Assembly: GCA_963842525.1 (NCBI GenBank)
Contig: CAWJGT010000025.1
Location: 96,001-160,000 of the forward strand
Length of the DNA stretch: 64,000 bases
Reading direction: 5' to 3'
Origin: an uncultured Holophagales bacterium
Lineage (GTDB): Bacteria; Acidobacteriota; Thermoanaerobaculia; Multivoradales; UBA5704
Under the pieces are notes generated by a model. The model saw only the letters and a program-made list of their open reading frames with translations. It was not told the origin of the DNA and did not search any database. Positions 1 through 11,870 of this stretch are shown here, one piece after another. Positions within the stretch are counted from its first letter, which is position 1. Every line of letters begins with the position of its first letter. Position numbers and translations under genes: made by a program.

Positions 1-2
1 GC

Positions 3-1724
3 TACAACTGCGTCGACCGCCACCTGCCAACCCAGGGCGAGAGGACGGCGATCATCTGGGCCGGCGACGAGCCGGGCGAGTACCGCACGATCTCCTACCG
101 CGAGGTCAAGCACAACGTCGCCCGCATCGCCAACGTCCTCCTGAGCCTCGGGGTGCGCAAGGGCGACCGGGTCTGTATCTATCTGCCCATGATCCCCGAG
201 CTGGCCTACACGATGCTCGCCTGCGCCCGCATCGGCGCGGTCCACTCGGTGGTTTTTGCCGGGTTCTCCGCGGAGTCGCTGCGCGGCCGCATCCTCGATG
301 CCGGCACCAAGGTGGTCGTCACCGCCAACGAAGGGCTGCGCGGCGGCAAGCGCATCCCTCTCAAGCAGACGGTCGACCAGGCGATCGAGGGGCTCGGCGT
401 GGTCGAGACCGTGCTCGTCGCGCGGCGCACGGACCGTGATGTGCCCATGAAGACCGGCCGCGACCTGTGGCTGCACGAGGAGACGCAGAAGCAGAGGTCG
501 ACCTGCCCGCTGGAGTGGATGTCCGCGGAGGACCCGCTCTTCATCCTCTATACCTCCGGCTCGACGGGGCGGCCCAAGGGGGTCCTGCACACGACCGCGG
601 GCTATCTGGTCTACGCCGCGATGACCCACAAGTACATCTTCGACTACCACCCCGGCGACATCTACATGTGCGCCGCCGACGTGGGCTGGATCACCGGCCA
701 CAGCTACATCGTCTACGGGCCGCTCGCCAACGGCGCGACCACGGTGATGTTCGAGTCGATCCCCACCTACCCGGACGCCGGGCGGTACTGGCGGATCGTC
801 GACGACCTGGGGGTCAATATTTTCTATACAGCCCCGACGGCGATCCGCGCCATTGCCCGTGCCGGCGATGAGTGGGTGAAGCGCTACCGCCGCGATTCGC
901 TGCGCATCCTGGGGTCGGTGGGTGAGCCGATCAATCCGGAGGTCTGGATGTGGTACCACGACGTGGTCGGCGAGAGGCGCTGCGCCGTGGTGGACACCTG
1001 GTGGCAGACCGAGACCGGCGGGGTCATGATCACCCCGCTGCCCGGAGCCACGCCCTGCAAGCCGGGGTCGGCCACATTGCCGTTCTTCGGGGTGCGGCCG
1101 GTGCTCGTGGACGAAAAAGGGGGAGAGCTGACCGGCAACGACGTCTCGGGCAACCTCTGCCTGCGCGGCACCTGGCCGGGGCAGGCGCGCACGATCTACG
1201 GCGACCACCGGCGGTTCCGGGAGACCTACTTCTCGCAGTTCCCCGGCCTCTACTTCACGGGCGATGGCTGCCGCCGTGACCAGGACGGCTATTACTGGAT
1301 CACTGGCCGGGTGGACGACGTGCTCAACGTGTCTGGCCACAGACTGGGGACGGCCGAGATCGAGAGCGCCCTGGTGGCGCACGACGCGGTGGCCGAGGCC
1401 GCGGTGGTCGGTTTCCCGCACGACATCAAGGGGACGGGCATCTATGCCTATGTCAACCTCACGCCGGAGTACGAGAGCTGGGGCGAGGAGGAGCTGGTCG
1501 GAGCCTTGAAGGAGCAGGTGCGTTCGGCGATCGGGGCCATTGCCACGCCGGACCGCATCCAGATCGCGGCCGGCCTGCCGAAGACCCGCTCGGGCAAGAT
1601 CATGCGCCGCATCCTGCGCAAGATCGCCGCGGGCGAGTACGGCGAGTTGGGGGACATTTCCACTCTTGCCGATCCCAGTGTGGTCGAAAAGCTGGTGGAG
1701 GACCACCGGACCCGGCACGCCTGA
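3..1724 (+). CDS. acs: Acetyl-CoA synthetase (5'-truncated by window edge)
   Basis: The frame is open from base 3 (YNCVDRHL...). Motifs [41 protein letters not shown] and [11 protein letters not shown] are present. Confidence 0.97.
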   Translation, partial: YNCVDRHLPTQGERTAIIWAGDEPGEYRTISYREVKHNVARIANVLLSLGVRKGDRVCIYLPMIPELAYTMLACARIGAVHSVVFAGFSAESLRGRILDAGTKVVVTANEGLRGGKRIPLKQTVDQAIEGLGVVETVLVARRTDRDVPMKTGRDLWLHEETQKQRSTCPLEWMSAEDPLFILYTSGSTGRPKGVLHTTAGYLVYAAMTHKYIFDYHPGDIYMCAADVGWITGHSYIVYGPLANGATTVMFESIPTYPDAGRYWRIVDDLGVNIFYTAPTAIRAIARAGDEWVKRYRRDSLRILGSVGEPINPEVWMWYHDVVGERRCAVVDTWWQTETGGVMITPLPGATPCKPGSATLPFFGVRPVLVDEKGGELTGNDVSGNLCLRGTWPGQARTIYGDHRRFRETYFSQFPGLYFTGDGCRRDQDGYYWITGRVDDVLNVSGHRLGTAEIESALVAHDAVAEAAVVGFPHDIKGTGIYAYVNLTPEYESWGEEELVGALKEQVRSAIGAIATPDRIQIAAGLPKTRSGKIMRRILRKIAAGEYGELGDISTLADPSVVEKLVEDHRTRHA

Positions 1725-1863
1725 ACGGCGCAAACCAAACGGAACCACAACCTCATCCGTAAACCTATTGCATCCTCGCGTCTCGACCGTGGTAGGATTG
1801 TTGTAGTCCTTCGGGTCGAAGTCCCATCTCTCCGGTCAGGTCGCTGACGCGATCCTCTCCTCA

Positions 1864-4473
1864 TGGACTGCTCCGCCGTCTACATCCTGCTTGGGTTCGT
1901 GATCATTTTCGTGGTCCTGGAGGCTCCGCCGCGCCGCCGAGCAGCGCCGCCTGGGGCATGAGGTCCGGCTCGAGATCTCGGGGCTCCTCGCGCGCCTCGG
2001 CCGGCTGGAGGCGCGCCTTGACCTGAGCTGTCTTCTCCCCGGGCAGAGGAGGCTCCAGTGGAGCAGCGCGCGGAGCCACCGCCGGTCGTAGCGGCCCAGC
2101 CGGTCCCTGAGGCACCTGCCGACATCCCGCCGCCCACCTCACTGCCAGAGGCGCTTCCGCCGGTTCCCGAGGAAGCTCCCGCGCCCCTGCCCCCTCGCGA
2201 CCCCGGTGCCGGTGCCGCGGCGGGCCGGCCTGGAGGAGCAGCTCGGAGCGCGGCTTCCGGTGTGGATCGGCTCGATCGCGCTCGCCCTGGCCGGCGCGTT
2301 CCTGGTCAAGTACTCGTTCGAGCGGATGTGGCTCTCGCCGACTGTCCGGGTGGGGTTGGGCGTGCTCTTCGGCCTCGGTCTGCTCGCCAGTGGCGAGGTG
2401 TTGCGCCGCAAGGCGGAGCGGATCTCCCAGGGGCTCTCGGCCGCCGGGATCGCCGACCTGTTCGCCTGCTTCCTGGCCGGAGTCCACCTCTACGGGATCA
2501 TCTCGCCAGGGGTCGGCTTCGCCCTCATGGCGCTGACCACCGCAGTGGCCGTGATCCTCTCGCTTCGCCAGGGGATCATGGTGGCGCTGATCGGGCTGAT
2601 CGGCGGCCTTCTGACGCCGTACCTCGTGCAGACCGGCGAGCCGAACGCCCGCGGCCTGTTCGTCTACCTGCTGCTGCTCCAGGTGGGTCTTCTCACGGTG
2701 GCGCGGCGCCGCGGCTGGCCCTGGATTGCAGGGCTGGCCCTGGGGGGCGGGCTTCTCTGGATGATTGCCTGGCTCGTGGGTCCGTTCGAGCCGCAGGACT
2801 CGCCATGGCTGGGAGGCTTCCTCCTGCTTTCGGTGATCGCTGCGCTGGCCGCAGGGTGGTCCGGTGTGAAGGCCACGGGCCCGCCGGGCTTCCTGCGGAT
2901 GTCGTGGGCGGCGGTTCCCTGCGGCCTGCTCGCTCTGGGCCTGCTTGCCGGCCGGGCAGGCTATACGACGATCGAATGGGCCTTCTTCGGGCTGCTCGCG
3001 GCCGGCACGCTGGTGCTGGCGCGGCTGCGGCCGGAGCTCGAAGGGCTCGCCTGGATCGCCGCCGGGACCGGCGCGGCGCTCCTCGGCGCCTGGGGCTGGG
3101 CGGTCGAAGAGCCGGACATCGACCGTTTCCTCCTCACCGCGTCGGGGCTCGGCGTCCTCTTTGCCGGCGGCTCCTGGCTCGCCCTGCGGGGCTCGGTGCG
3201 GCCGGGCCGCTGGGGCGCGCTCTGCGCCGCCTCCGGCCTCGCGTTCTTCCTGATCGCCTGGGCCTCCACCAACACCGAGCGGGAGATGCGCTGGGGCGCA
3301 TTCGCTCTGGCCCTGGCGGCGCTCTACCTGGTGGCGGCCGTGCCGGTGGCACGCTGGCGGCGGCAGCGGCCGGAGATGGAAGCTGCTCTGGCCGCTCTGG
3401 CAGTGTCGATCACGAGCTTCGTCAGCCTCGCGGTTCCCCTGGAGCTGGACCGCCACTGGTTGACGGTCGCCTGGGCCCTGGAGGTGACGGCGCTGGTCTG
3501 GCTCGCCGGGCGCTTCCGGCTGCCGGTCCTGCGCCACCTCGCCCTCGCGCTGGCCGTCCTCGTCGGGTTCCGGTTGCTGCTGAATGCCTCGATTCTCGAC
3601 TACCCGATCGGCGACCATCCGGTGTTCCATTGGCTCCTCTATGGGTACGGCCTGCCGCTCCTGGCCTTCGCGGCGGCGTCGGCCCTCGCCCGCCGGCAGG
3701 GGGATGGACGCCTGGCCGCTCTGCTCGAAGCGGAAGCCCTGGCCTTCGCCTTCGCCCTGGTGACCCTGGAGGTCCGGCAGATCTACCACCCCGGCCGGCC
3801 CGCGGTCGGCGCGGTGGGGCTGGGCGAGTGGGGGGCCCTGCTCTCCGCCTGGACGGCCCTCGGCGGCGGGCTGCTCGTTGCCAATCGCCAGCGCCGGCTT
3901 CAGACCGTCGAGATCGGAGGGCAGGTCGTGCTGGGCTTGGCGGCGGTGGCGACACTGCTCGGCCCGGTCCTGGCCGCGAACCCTCTGTGGGTACACGCGG
4001 CGGTGGGGGAGACCCCGGTCTTCAACCTCCTCCTCTGGACCTACGGTCTGCCGGCCGTGCTGCTGGCCTTCGCCGCCGCCGAGGTCCGCCGGCATGGGAG
4101 CGCCCGGCTGGCAGGGGCGCTGACCGCCACGGTCCTGGCGCTCGCCTTCATCCTCGTCTCCCTGGAGGTGCGCCAGGCCTTCCAGGGGACCTATCTGGAT
4201 GCCGGCACCACCTCTCTGGCCGAGGGCTATGCCTACTCGGCGGCCTGGATCGTCTTCGGGGTGGCGCTGTTGGTCCTGGGCATCCTGGGGAAGGGGAAAG
4301 CGTTGCGCTACGCCGCGCTGGCGGTCATGCTGCTGGCCGTGGCCAAGGTCTTCCTGTACGACACGTCCAATCTGGCGGGCCTGTACCGCGTATTCTCCTT
4401 CTTCGGCCTGGGAGTGAGCCTGCTGGTTCTCGCCTGGGTCTACCAGAGGTTCGTGTTCCGGGAGAGCGCGTAG
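1864..4473 (+). CDS. DUF2339-like polytopic membrane protein (5' part frameshifted in this assembly)
   Basis: ORF 2206-4473 has about 20 hydrophobic segments, starts LEEQLGARLPVWIG and ends KVFLYDTSNLAGLYRVFSF. The hydrophobic N-terminus (ATG 1864) and a Pro-rich linker (2058 frame) lie in other frames. Confidence 0.75.
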
Positions 4474-4484
4474 GATTGTCAGGC

Positions 4485-6419
4485 GTGGTTCGGACCGTCC
4501 GTGTGGTCCTCCCGGCTCTTCTCGGGATGCTGCTCGCCGCGCCCGCCTTCGCCGTCGAAGGGTTCGCCTATGTGCGCGACATCCAGGTGCCCGCCGCGGG
4601 GTGGGTCCGGGTGCCTCTCGACCTGCCGGCGGTCCAGCACATGGCCGCGGGTGGGATGGACCTCCACGTCTTCGGTCCGGAGGGTGCGGAGCGGCCGGTC
4701 TGGGTCGAGCCCCTGCTGCCGGCGAGCGAGCGGCGGCCCGTCGAGGTGGTGGAGGTGCAGCGCGGCGAGGATGGCTGGACGCTGGTCCTCGACGTCGGGG
4801 CCGAGCCCGTTCCGCACGAGCGGCTGTTCTTCGACTTCGTCCGGGCGACCGCAGCTCCGGCGGTGCGCCTGGAGGGGAGCTCCGACGGGGAGAGCTGGCA
4901 GACGCTCGCCGTGGGTGACCTCTTCCGGATCGGCGGGGACAAGGGTCTCCAGAGGTCTTCGCTCTCCTACCCCTCGACACAGGACCGGTATCTGCGCCTT
5001 ACCTGGCCGGAGGAGGCGGGCTTTCCACGAGTTTCCGCCGTGGAGGTCGAGACGATCCGCGGTCCTTCGCTGACTTTCTCCGCCCGCGGGGCGGAATGCC
5101 GGCCGGCGGTGTCCGGAGGAGTCTCCTGCGAGCTTCCGCTGCCGGCGCTCGGCCAGCTCCTGCGCCGGCTCACGGTGACGGTGCAGGGGACCGGAGCCGT
5201 AGGCTACCGTCTCTACACCCCGCACGAGGCCCGCTGGCAGCTCCTCGCCGAGGGGGTCTGGCATCGCGCCGGCGAGGAGACGAGCCATACCGTGGGCGGC
5301 GAAGGGGCGCCGGTCGAGGGAGCCTTCCTCTTCCTGGAGCTGTACGGTGCCGACGTGCCGCCCCGGCTTGCCGGGTACGGCGTCGACCTGGCGGTCCAGA
5401 CCGTGCGGTTCCGCGCCGAGGAGCCCGGCAGCTATGTGCTCGCCTATGGTGGACCGGTCCGCCGGAGTCGCGAGGCCGGCTCCACCACGATGGAAGAGCC
5501 CGTCTCGTGGCTGCAGGCGGGACCGGAGAGGGAACAGGCGCTGCCTCCTCTGCCGGGCGCGGAGGCCGCGCCGGGTGCTCCCCTGGAACGGCGGGCACGG
5601 TTCCGGAGGTCCTGGACGGTCCTGGCGCCGGCCGCGAAGCCCGGAGGTCTCGTCCGGCTGGAGCTGCCGGACCCCGTCTATGGCGCGGCGCGGTCCGATC
5701 TCTCCGATCTGCGGCTGGCTCTCGGCGACCGCCAGCTCCCCTTTTTCCGCTGGTCTCCTCTGGCGCCGGGGCTCGCCGTCCGGGGTCAGGACCTTCAGCC
5801 CCGGCCTCTCCGGAGATCTGCGGAGAGCGAGGTCGAGATCAACCTTCCCGCCGAGGGACTGCCGCTGACCAGCCTGCACCTGACCGTACAGGGTGGTCCT
5901 CTGCGGCGCCCCGTGGGAGTGCGTTACCGGCAGCCGGGTTGGCGCTCCCGGCGGCTCGGCGACGGCCGCGAGCCCCAACCCGTGGACCGGTCGGTCTGGA
6001 GCTGCGAGCCGGAGCCGCCGCTCCCCTGCCTCCAGCAGATTCCGCTGGAAGCATCGCCCTCTCCGTCCCGACTCGTGGCCGTGCGCTTCCACGACGGCGA
6101 CAACCCGCCGCTCTCCGGCCTTGGCGCGACCCTCTGGCGCCGGCGCGACGTGCTCCTCTTCGTCTGGCCCGAGGTGCAGAAGGGGGATGCGGTCCGGCTG
6201 CTGGCGGGCTCCGACCGCCTGGCTGCTCCGGTCTACGACTTCGCGGCCCTCGGCGAGGCGCTCCTCGCGCGCCCCTCGCAGCCGGCCGAGCTGGAGCTGC
6301 AGGGAGCCGCCGCCGAGGAGAATGGAATCGCGTGGGGACCCTGGGTCATGCCGGCCGTCCTGACCCTCGCGGGCATCTTCCTCCTGCTCCTCCTCCGTCG
6401 TATCCTGGCGGAAACCTGA
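4485..6419 (+). CDS. DUF3999-like secreted protein with C-terminal membrane anchor
   Basis: Signal peptide (LLGMLLAAPAFA), repeated 'VRLELPDPVY..ARSDLSDLRL'-type module, C-terminal TM helix. Sits directly after a DUF2339-like gene, the usual pairing. Confidence 0.6.
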   Translation: MVRTVRVVLPALLGMLLAAPAFAVEGFAYVRDIQVPAAGWVRVPLDLPAVQHMAAGGMDLHVFGPEGAERPVWVEPLLPASERRPVEVVEVQRGEDGWTLVLDVGAEPVPHERLFFDFVRATAAPAVRLEGSSDGESWQTLAVGDLFRIGGDKGLQRSSLSYPSTQDRYLRLTWPEEAGFPRVSAVEVETIRGPSLTFSARGAECRPAVSGGVSCELPLPALGQLLRRLTVTVQGTGAVGYRLYTPHEARWQLLAEGVWHRAGEETSHTVGGEGAPVEGAFLFLELYGADVPPRLAGYGVDLAVQTVRFRAEEPGSYVLAYGGPVRRSREAGSTTMEEPVSWLQAGPEREQALPPLPGAEAAPGAPLERRARFRRSWTVLAPAAKPGGLVRLELPDPVYGAARSDLSDLRLALGDRQLPFFRWSPLAPGLAVRGQDLQPRPLRRSAESEVEINLPAEGLPLTSLHLTVQGGPLRRPVGVRYRQPGWRSRRLGDGREPQPVDRSVWSCEPEPPLPCLQQIPLEASPSPSRLVAVRFHDGDNPPLSGLGATLWRRRDVLLFVWPEVQKGDAVRLLAGSDRLAAPVYDFAALGEALLARPSQPAELELQGAAAEENGIAWGPWVMPAVLTLAGIFLLLLLRRILAET

Positions 6420-6538
6420 AAGGAACCATTCACCGGTCGCCGGCCACCGCTCACCGATTCTCCCGGGACAGCGCCTGCCGGCTTCCGTAGCCTGGGATCG
6501 TCGGCGGTGCTCCCGCCGCATTCGAAAGGAGACGGACC

Positions 6539-7249
6539 ATGGAAGACCGGAATGAAGCACAGAGCGGATTCCGCCTCACCCCGCGCTTGATGGTGGGGTT
6601 CTTCGTCGCCCTCTTTGGAGGGCTCCTCCTGCTGGACAACCTTGCGCTGGTGGATGCGGGAGACTACTTCCGCTTCTGGCCCCTCGCTCTGATCCTGATC
6701 GGCGTCGCCAAGATCTTTCAGCGGCAGGGTCGGGGCTTCGGGCTGGTCCTGCTGGTCCTCGGCACCTGGCTGCTCCTCGACAACCTGGGCTGGGCCGAGC
6801 TCGATTCGGACGTCTTGATTCCGACGCTGATCCTGCTGCTGGGCCTCAATCTACTCTGGAAGGAGATGACGTGGAGGTCCCGTCATCTCCCGGAGGGCGC
6901 CAATCCTCGGGATGAAGTGAGCTCGTTTGCGATGCTCGGGGGGATCAAGAACATCGTGACCTCGCGGGCCTTCCGCGGCGGCAGCGCCAGCGCGGTCCTG
7001 GGCGGAGTCGAGATCGACCTGCGCCAGGCCGAGCTGGCAGGCGGGCAGGCCATCGTTGACACATTCGCCTGGTGGGGAGGAGTGGAAATCTTCGTGCCGG
7101 AGCACTGGGAGATCGTCTTCAGGGGCGTGCCGATCATGGGAGCCTTCGAGGACAACACGCGGCAGACCCCCGGCGAAGGCTCGCCGCAGCTCGTCATCAC
7201 GGGCCTGGCGATCATGGGCGCAGTGGAAGTCAAGAACGCTCCGAAGTAG
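6539..7249 (+). CDS. LiaF-like membrane protein (cell-envelope stress response accessory)
   Basis: Four N-terminal TM helices (FWPLALILIG) plus a C-terminal 'GGVEIDLRQA..GGVEIFVPEHW' beta domain. AGGAG RBS. Confidence 0.8.
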   Translation: MEDRNEAQSGFRLTPRLMVGFFVALFGGLLLLDNLALVDAGDYFRFWPLALILIGVAKIFQRQGRGFGLVLLVLGTWLLLDNLGWAELDSDVLIPTLILLLGLNLLWKEMTWRSRHLPEGANPRDEVSSFAMLGGIKNIVTSRAFRGGSASAVLGGVEIDLRQAELAGGQAIVDTFAWWGGVEIFVPEHWEIVFRGVPIMGAFEDNTRQTPGEGSPQLVITGLAIMGAVEVKNAPK

Positions 7250-7258
7250 GGGTAGAGC

Positions 7259-8344
7259 ATGCACCCGATCCTCACGCGGGGTGGAAGCCTCGGCCTGTAC
7301 CTGCTCAGTTGGCTGCCGCTGGTGCCCCTGGCCGCGCTGCTGCTCGCCGGAGCCGGAGTCGGCTGGGGGGAGGCGCTGGCCGAGGCCCTCCCCCTGGTCC
7401 TCGTCTACGCCTACCTCTGCCTGGCGTCCTGGTACATCTGCCGGGCGGTGCCTCTGCGGCCCGTCCGGCCCTGGCGGCTGGCGGCAGCGCACGGGCTGGG
7501 GGCGGTGCTGTCGAGCGCCCTCTGGGTCCTGCTCGGCTGGGGATGGGCCGGCGTGCTGGACGAGCTGCCGGCCTTCCAAGGGGCGGGCGAGCGCTACCTG
7601 GCGGCCTCGCCCCGGCTCTACGCTCTGGGAGTGCCGCTCTACCTGCTCTCGGCCGCAGTGCACTACCTGCTCCTGGCCCTGGAGAGCGCCCGCGACGCCG
7701 AACGCCGGGCCCTGGAGCTGCGGGTCCAGGCGCGCGAGGCCGAGCTGCGGGCCCTCAAGGCGCAGATCGATCCGCACTTCCTGTTCAACAGCCTCAACGC
7801 GGCGAGCGCGCTGGTGGGAAGCGATCCGGCGGGAGCGCGGAGGATGGTCCTCCTGCTGGCCGAGCTCCTGCGGCGCAGCCTGCGCCTGGGGCGGATGGAG
7901 AGCATCCCGTTGGGCGAGGAGCTGGCGCACGCCGCGGCCTACCTGGCAGTCGAGCGGGTCCGCTTCGGCGACCGGCTGGATGTCCAGGAAGACGTGGCGG
8001 AGGCGAGCCGCACCTGCCTCGTCCCCGCGCTCATCCTCCAGCCGCTGGTCGAGAATGCGGTCCGGCACGGGATCGCCCAACTCCTGGAGGGAGGAGCGAT
8101 CAGGATCGAGGCACGGCGGTCCGGCAGCCTCCTGCGGCTGGCCGTCGAGAACCCCTGCGACCCGGACCATCCGCCGGCGCGGGGAGAGGGCATCGGGCTT
8201 TCCAATGTCGCCGCCCGCCTGCGCACCCTCCACGGGAGGGAGGCCCGCCTGACGATTGCTCCAAACCCGGGCCGGTTCCGGGTGGAGCTGGAGCTGCCCG
8301 CGGTGGAGGCGCCGCGCGAGGAGACCCCGAGAGATGCCGACTGA
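7259..8344 (+). CDS. LytS-family sensor histidine kinase
   Basis: ALKAQIDPHFLFNSLN H-box, LQPLVENAVRHG N-box, GIGLSNV G-box, N-terminal TM helices. Confidence 0.93.
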   Translation: MHPILTRGGSLGLYLLSWLPLVPLAALLLAGAGVGWGEALAEALPLVLVYAYLCLASWYICRAVPLRPVRPWRLAAAHGLGAVLSSALWVLLGWGWAGVLDELPAFQGAGERYLAASPRLYALGVPLYLLSAAVHYLLLALESARDAERRALELRVQAREAELRALKAQIDPHFLFNSLNAASALVGSDPAGARRMVLLLAELLRRSLRLGRMESIPLGEELAHAAAYLAVERVRFGDRLDVQEDVAEASRTCLVPALILQPLVENAVRHGIAQLLEGGAIRIEARRSGSLLRLAVENPCDPDHPPARGEGIGLSNVAARLRTLHGREARLTIAPNPGRFRVELELPAVEAPREETPRDAD

Positions 8345-9086
8345 CGAAGGGAAGCTCCGCGCCGTGATCGTCGACGACGAGGAGTCGGCGCGGGCGCTGC
8401 TGCGCGAATACCTCGGCGAGCACCCGGAGGTCGAGGTCGTGGCCGAATGCGCCAACGGCTTCGAAGCGGTCAAGGCGGTCCAGGACCTCCGTCCCGATCT
8501 GCTGCTGCTCGACATCCAGATGCCCAAGCTGGACGGCTTCGAGGTGCTGGAGCTGCTCGACGAGCGCCCGGCGGTGATCTTCGCGACGGCTTATGACGAA
8601 TACGCGGTCCGCGCCTTCGAGGTCCACGCGGTGGACTACCTGCTCAAGCCGTTCAGCCCCGAGCGGCTGGCCGAGGCGCTGGTGCGCGCCGAAGCGCGGC
8701 GGGCCGGCGGCGAGCCCCAGCCGCTGCGCGAGATTGCGCGCCTGCGCGCGGGGCCGGACCGGCCGCTCGCCCGCATCGTCGTGCGCTCGGAGAGCCGCAT
8801 CCACGTCCTGCCGGTCGACCGCATTGACTATCTGGAGGCGCGCGACGACCAGGTGCGGATCAAGATTGGCGGCGAAGAGCACCTCAAGGCACAGACCCTC
8901 TCGGAGCTGGAGGATCTCCTGGACCCGGCCCGCTTCGTCCGCATCCACCGGTCCTATCTGCTCAACCTGGACCGGCTTGCGCGGCTGGAGCTCTACGCCA
9001 AGGACAGCCACGTGGCGATCCTCACGGACGGGACCAAGCTGCCGGTGAGCCGCTCCGGTTACGCGCGGTTGAAGGAGCTGTTGTGA
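8334..9086 (+). CDS. LytTR-family response regulator
   Basis: Receiver domain (IVDDE, LLDIQMP, DYLLKP) plus LytTR domain (FVRIHRSYLLN, LPVSRS). Overlaps the kinase 3' end. Confidence 0.95.
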   Translation: MPTDEGKLRAVIVDDEESARALLREYLGEHPEVEVVAECANGFEAVKAVQDLRPDLLLLDIQMPKLDGFEVLELLDERPAVIFATAYDEYAVRAFEVHAVDYLLKPFSPERLAEALVRAEARRAGGEPQPLREIARLRAGPDRPLARIVVRSESRIHVLPVDRIDYLEARDDQVRIKIGGEEHLKAQTLSELEDLLDPARFVRIHRSYLLNLDRLARLELYAKDSHVAILTDGTKLPVSRSGYARLKELL

Positions 9087-9112
9087 GCTGCCCGGTCTGT
9101 TACGCTTGGCCC

Positions 9113-9514
9113 GTGTCCGAGGAATCCACCGTCCTGCTCCTGGATCAGGTGACCGCGCTCGCCCGGCAGGCGTCCGGGCTGCGCCTGCTGATCCTCTTCG
9201 GTTCTCGAGCCCGAGGCGATGCTCACGCGCGATCCGACTGGGATTTCGGATTTCTCGCCGGCCGGGGCTTCGATCCGGATGAGCTGTTGACCCGGCTCAC
9301 GATCCTGCTCTGGACCGATCGGATCGATCTGGTCGATCTCTCTCTCGCCGGAGGCCTTCTCCGGTTTCGTGCCGCCAGCGACGGAAAGATCCTCTTCGAG
9401 ACCACCGCCGGCACCTTCGAACGATTCTGGCTCGAGGCCGTCTCGTTCTGGTGCGACGCCGGTCCGGTCCTGGAGGAGGCCTATGAGGCAGTCCTGGAGG
9501 GCTTGAGGTCGTGA
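9113..9514 (+). CDS. MntA-like minimal nucleotidyltransferase antitoxin (type VII TA)
   Basis: LFGSRARG...SDWD (GS-x10-DxD) motif and IDLVDL. Lies directly upstream of a HEPN gene. Confidence 0.85.
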   Translation: MSEESTVLLLDQVTALARQASGLRLLILFGSRARGDAHARSDWDFGFLAGRGFDPDELLTRLTILLWTDRIDLVDLSLAGGLLRFRAASDGKILFETTAGTFERFWLEAVSFWCDAGPVLEEAYEAVLEGLRS

Positions 9515-9952
9515 GCGGGTTCGAACCGGGCGATCCTGGCAGAGAAGACAGGGATCGTGGAGCGGCACCTCCGCCGGGTGGCGGAGCGGCTGCCGGCGAG
9601 TCCGGAGGAGCTCCAACCTTCCTCTGACGCCTCGGACGCAGTGATCCTCCATCTCTGGCAGGCGGTCCAGTTGGTCCTCGATCTGGCGGTCTCGGCCTGC
9701 GTACGCCTCTCCCTGGGAACTCCCAAGGGTTATGCGGAGGCCATTTTGCATCTGGCCGAGGCCGGTGTCCTGGACCGCGAGCTGGCCGAGCGGCTCGTCC
9801 GCGCGTCCGGGTTTCGCAACGCCGTCGCGCACGCCTACGAACGCCTGAATATGGAACGGGTGTTCCGGGCGGCCAGCGAAGGTCCTGCCGACCTCAGGGC
9901 TTTTCTGGTTGCGCTCGCCGACGCCACCACCGAAAGCACTTCAGACGTTTGA
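9511..9952 (+). CDS. HepT/DUF86-like HEPN RNase toxin (1-nt frameshift near 9525)
   Basis: GFRNAVAHAY (Rx4HxY) motif. GTGA overlap with the mntA stop. Removing one base near 9525 gives MSGFDRAILAEKTGIVERHL. Confidence 0.82.
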
Positions 9953-9961
9953 GGGAGGAAA

Positions 9962-10036
9962 TGGCTCCTCGGGAGGGATTTGAACCCCCAACATTTCGGT
10001 TAACAGCCGAACGCTCTACCGTTGAGCTACCGAGGA
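9962..10036 (-). tRNA. tRNA-Asn (GTT)
   Basis: Reverse complement TCCTCGGTAGCTCAACGGTAGAGCGTTCGGCT-GTT-AACCGAAATGTTGGGGGTTCAAATCCCTCCCGAGGAGCCA forms a cloverleaf with CCA. Confidence 0.97.
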
Positions 10037-10078
10037 GTGTAGGAAAGGAACCCTCCGGGATCGCTCCCGGAGGGCGAA

Positions 10079-10107
10079 ATCTTAGGCGGATCGAACCGCC
10101 CTGTCAA
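10079..10107 (-). promoter_or_regulatory. Sigma70 promoter for tRNA-Asn
   Basis: TTGACA-17 nt-TAAGAT on the minus strand. Confidence 0.75.
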
Positions 10108-10111
10108 ATCC

Positions 10112-11821
<1,710 letters not shown>

Positions 11822-11870
11822 AGTGCTCTCCCTATCATGCTTGAGGACATTCCACTCGAATGAAACAGGC

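Noticed and set aside
2058-6419. 1453-aa ORF and other long Arg/Pro/Gly-rich ORFs
   Set aside because: Shadow frames of GC-rich genes. Only 4485-6419 and a short 5' piece look protein-like.
9113-10036. Integrative element at tRNA-Asn or tRNA-Ser
   Set aside because: No integrase and no duplicated tRNA 3' end were seen, although a TA pair abuts tRNA-Asn.
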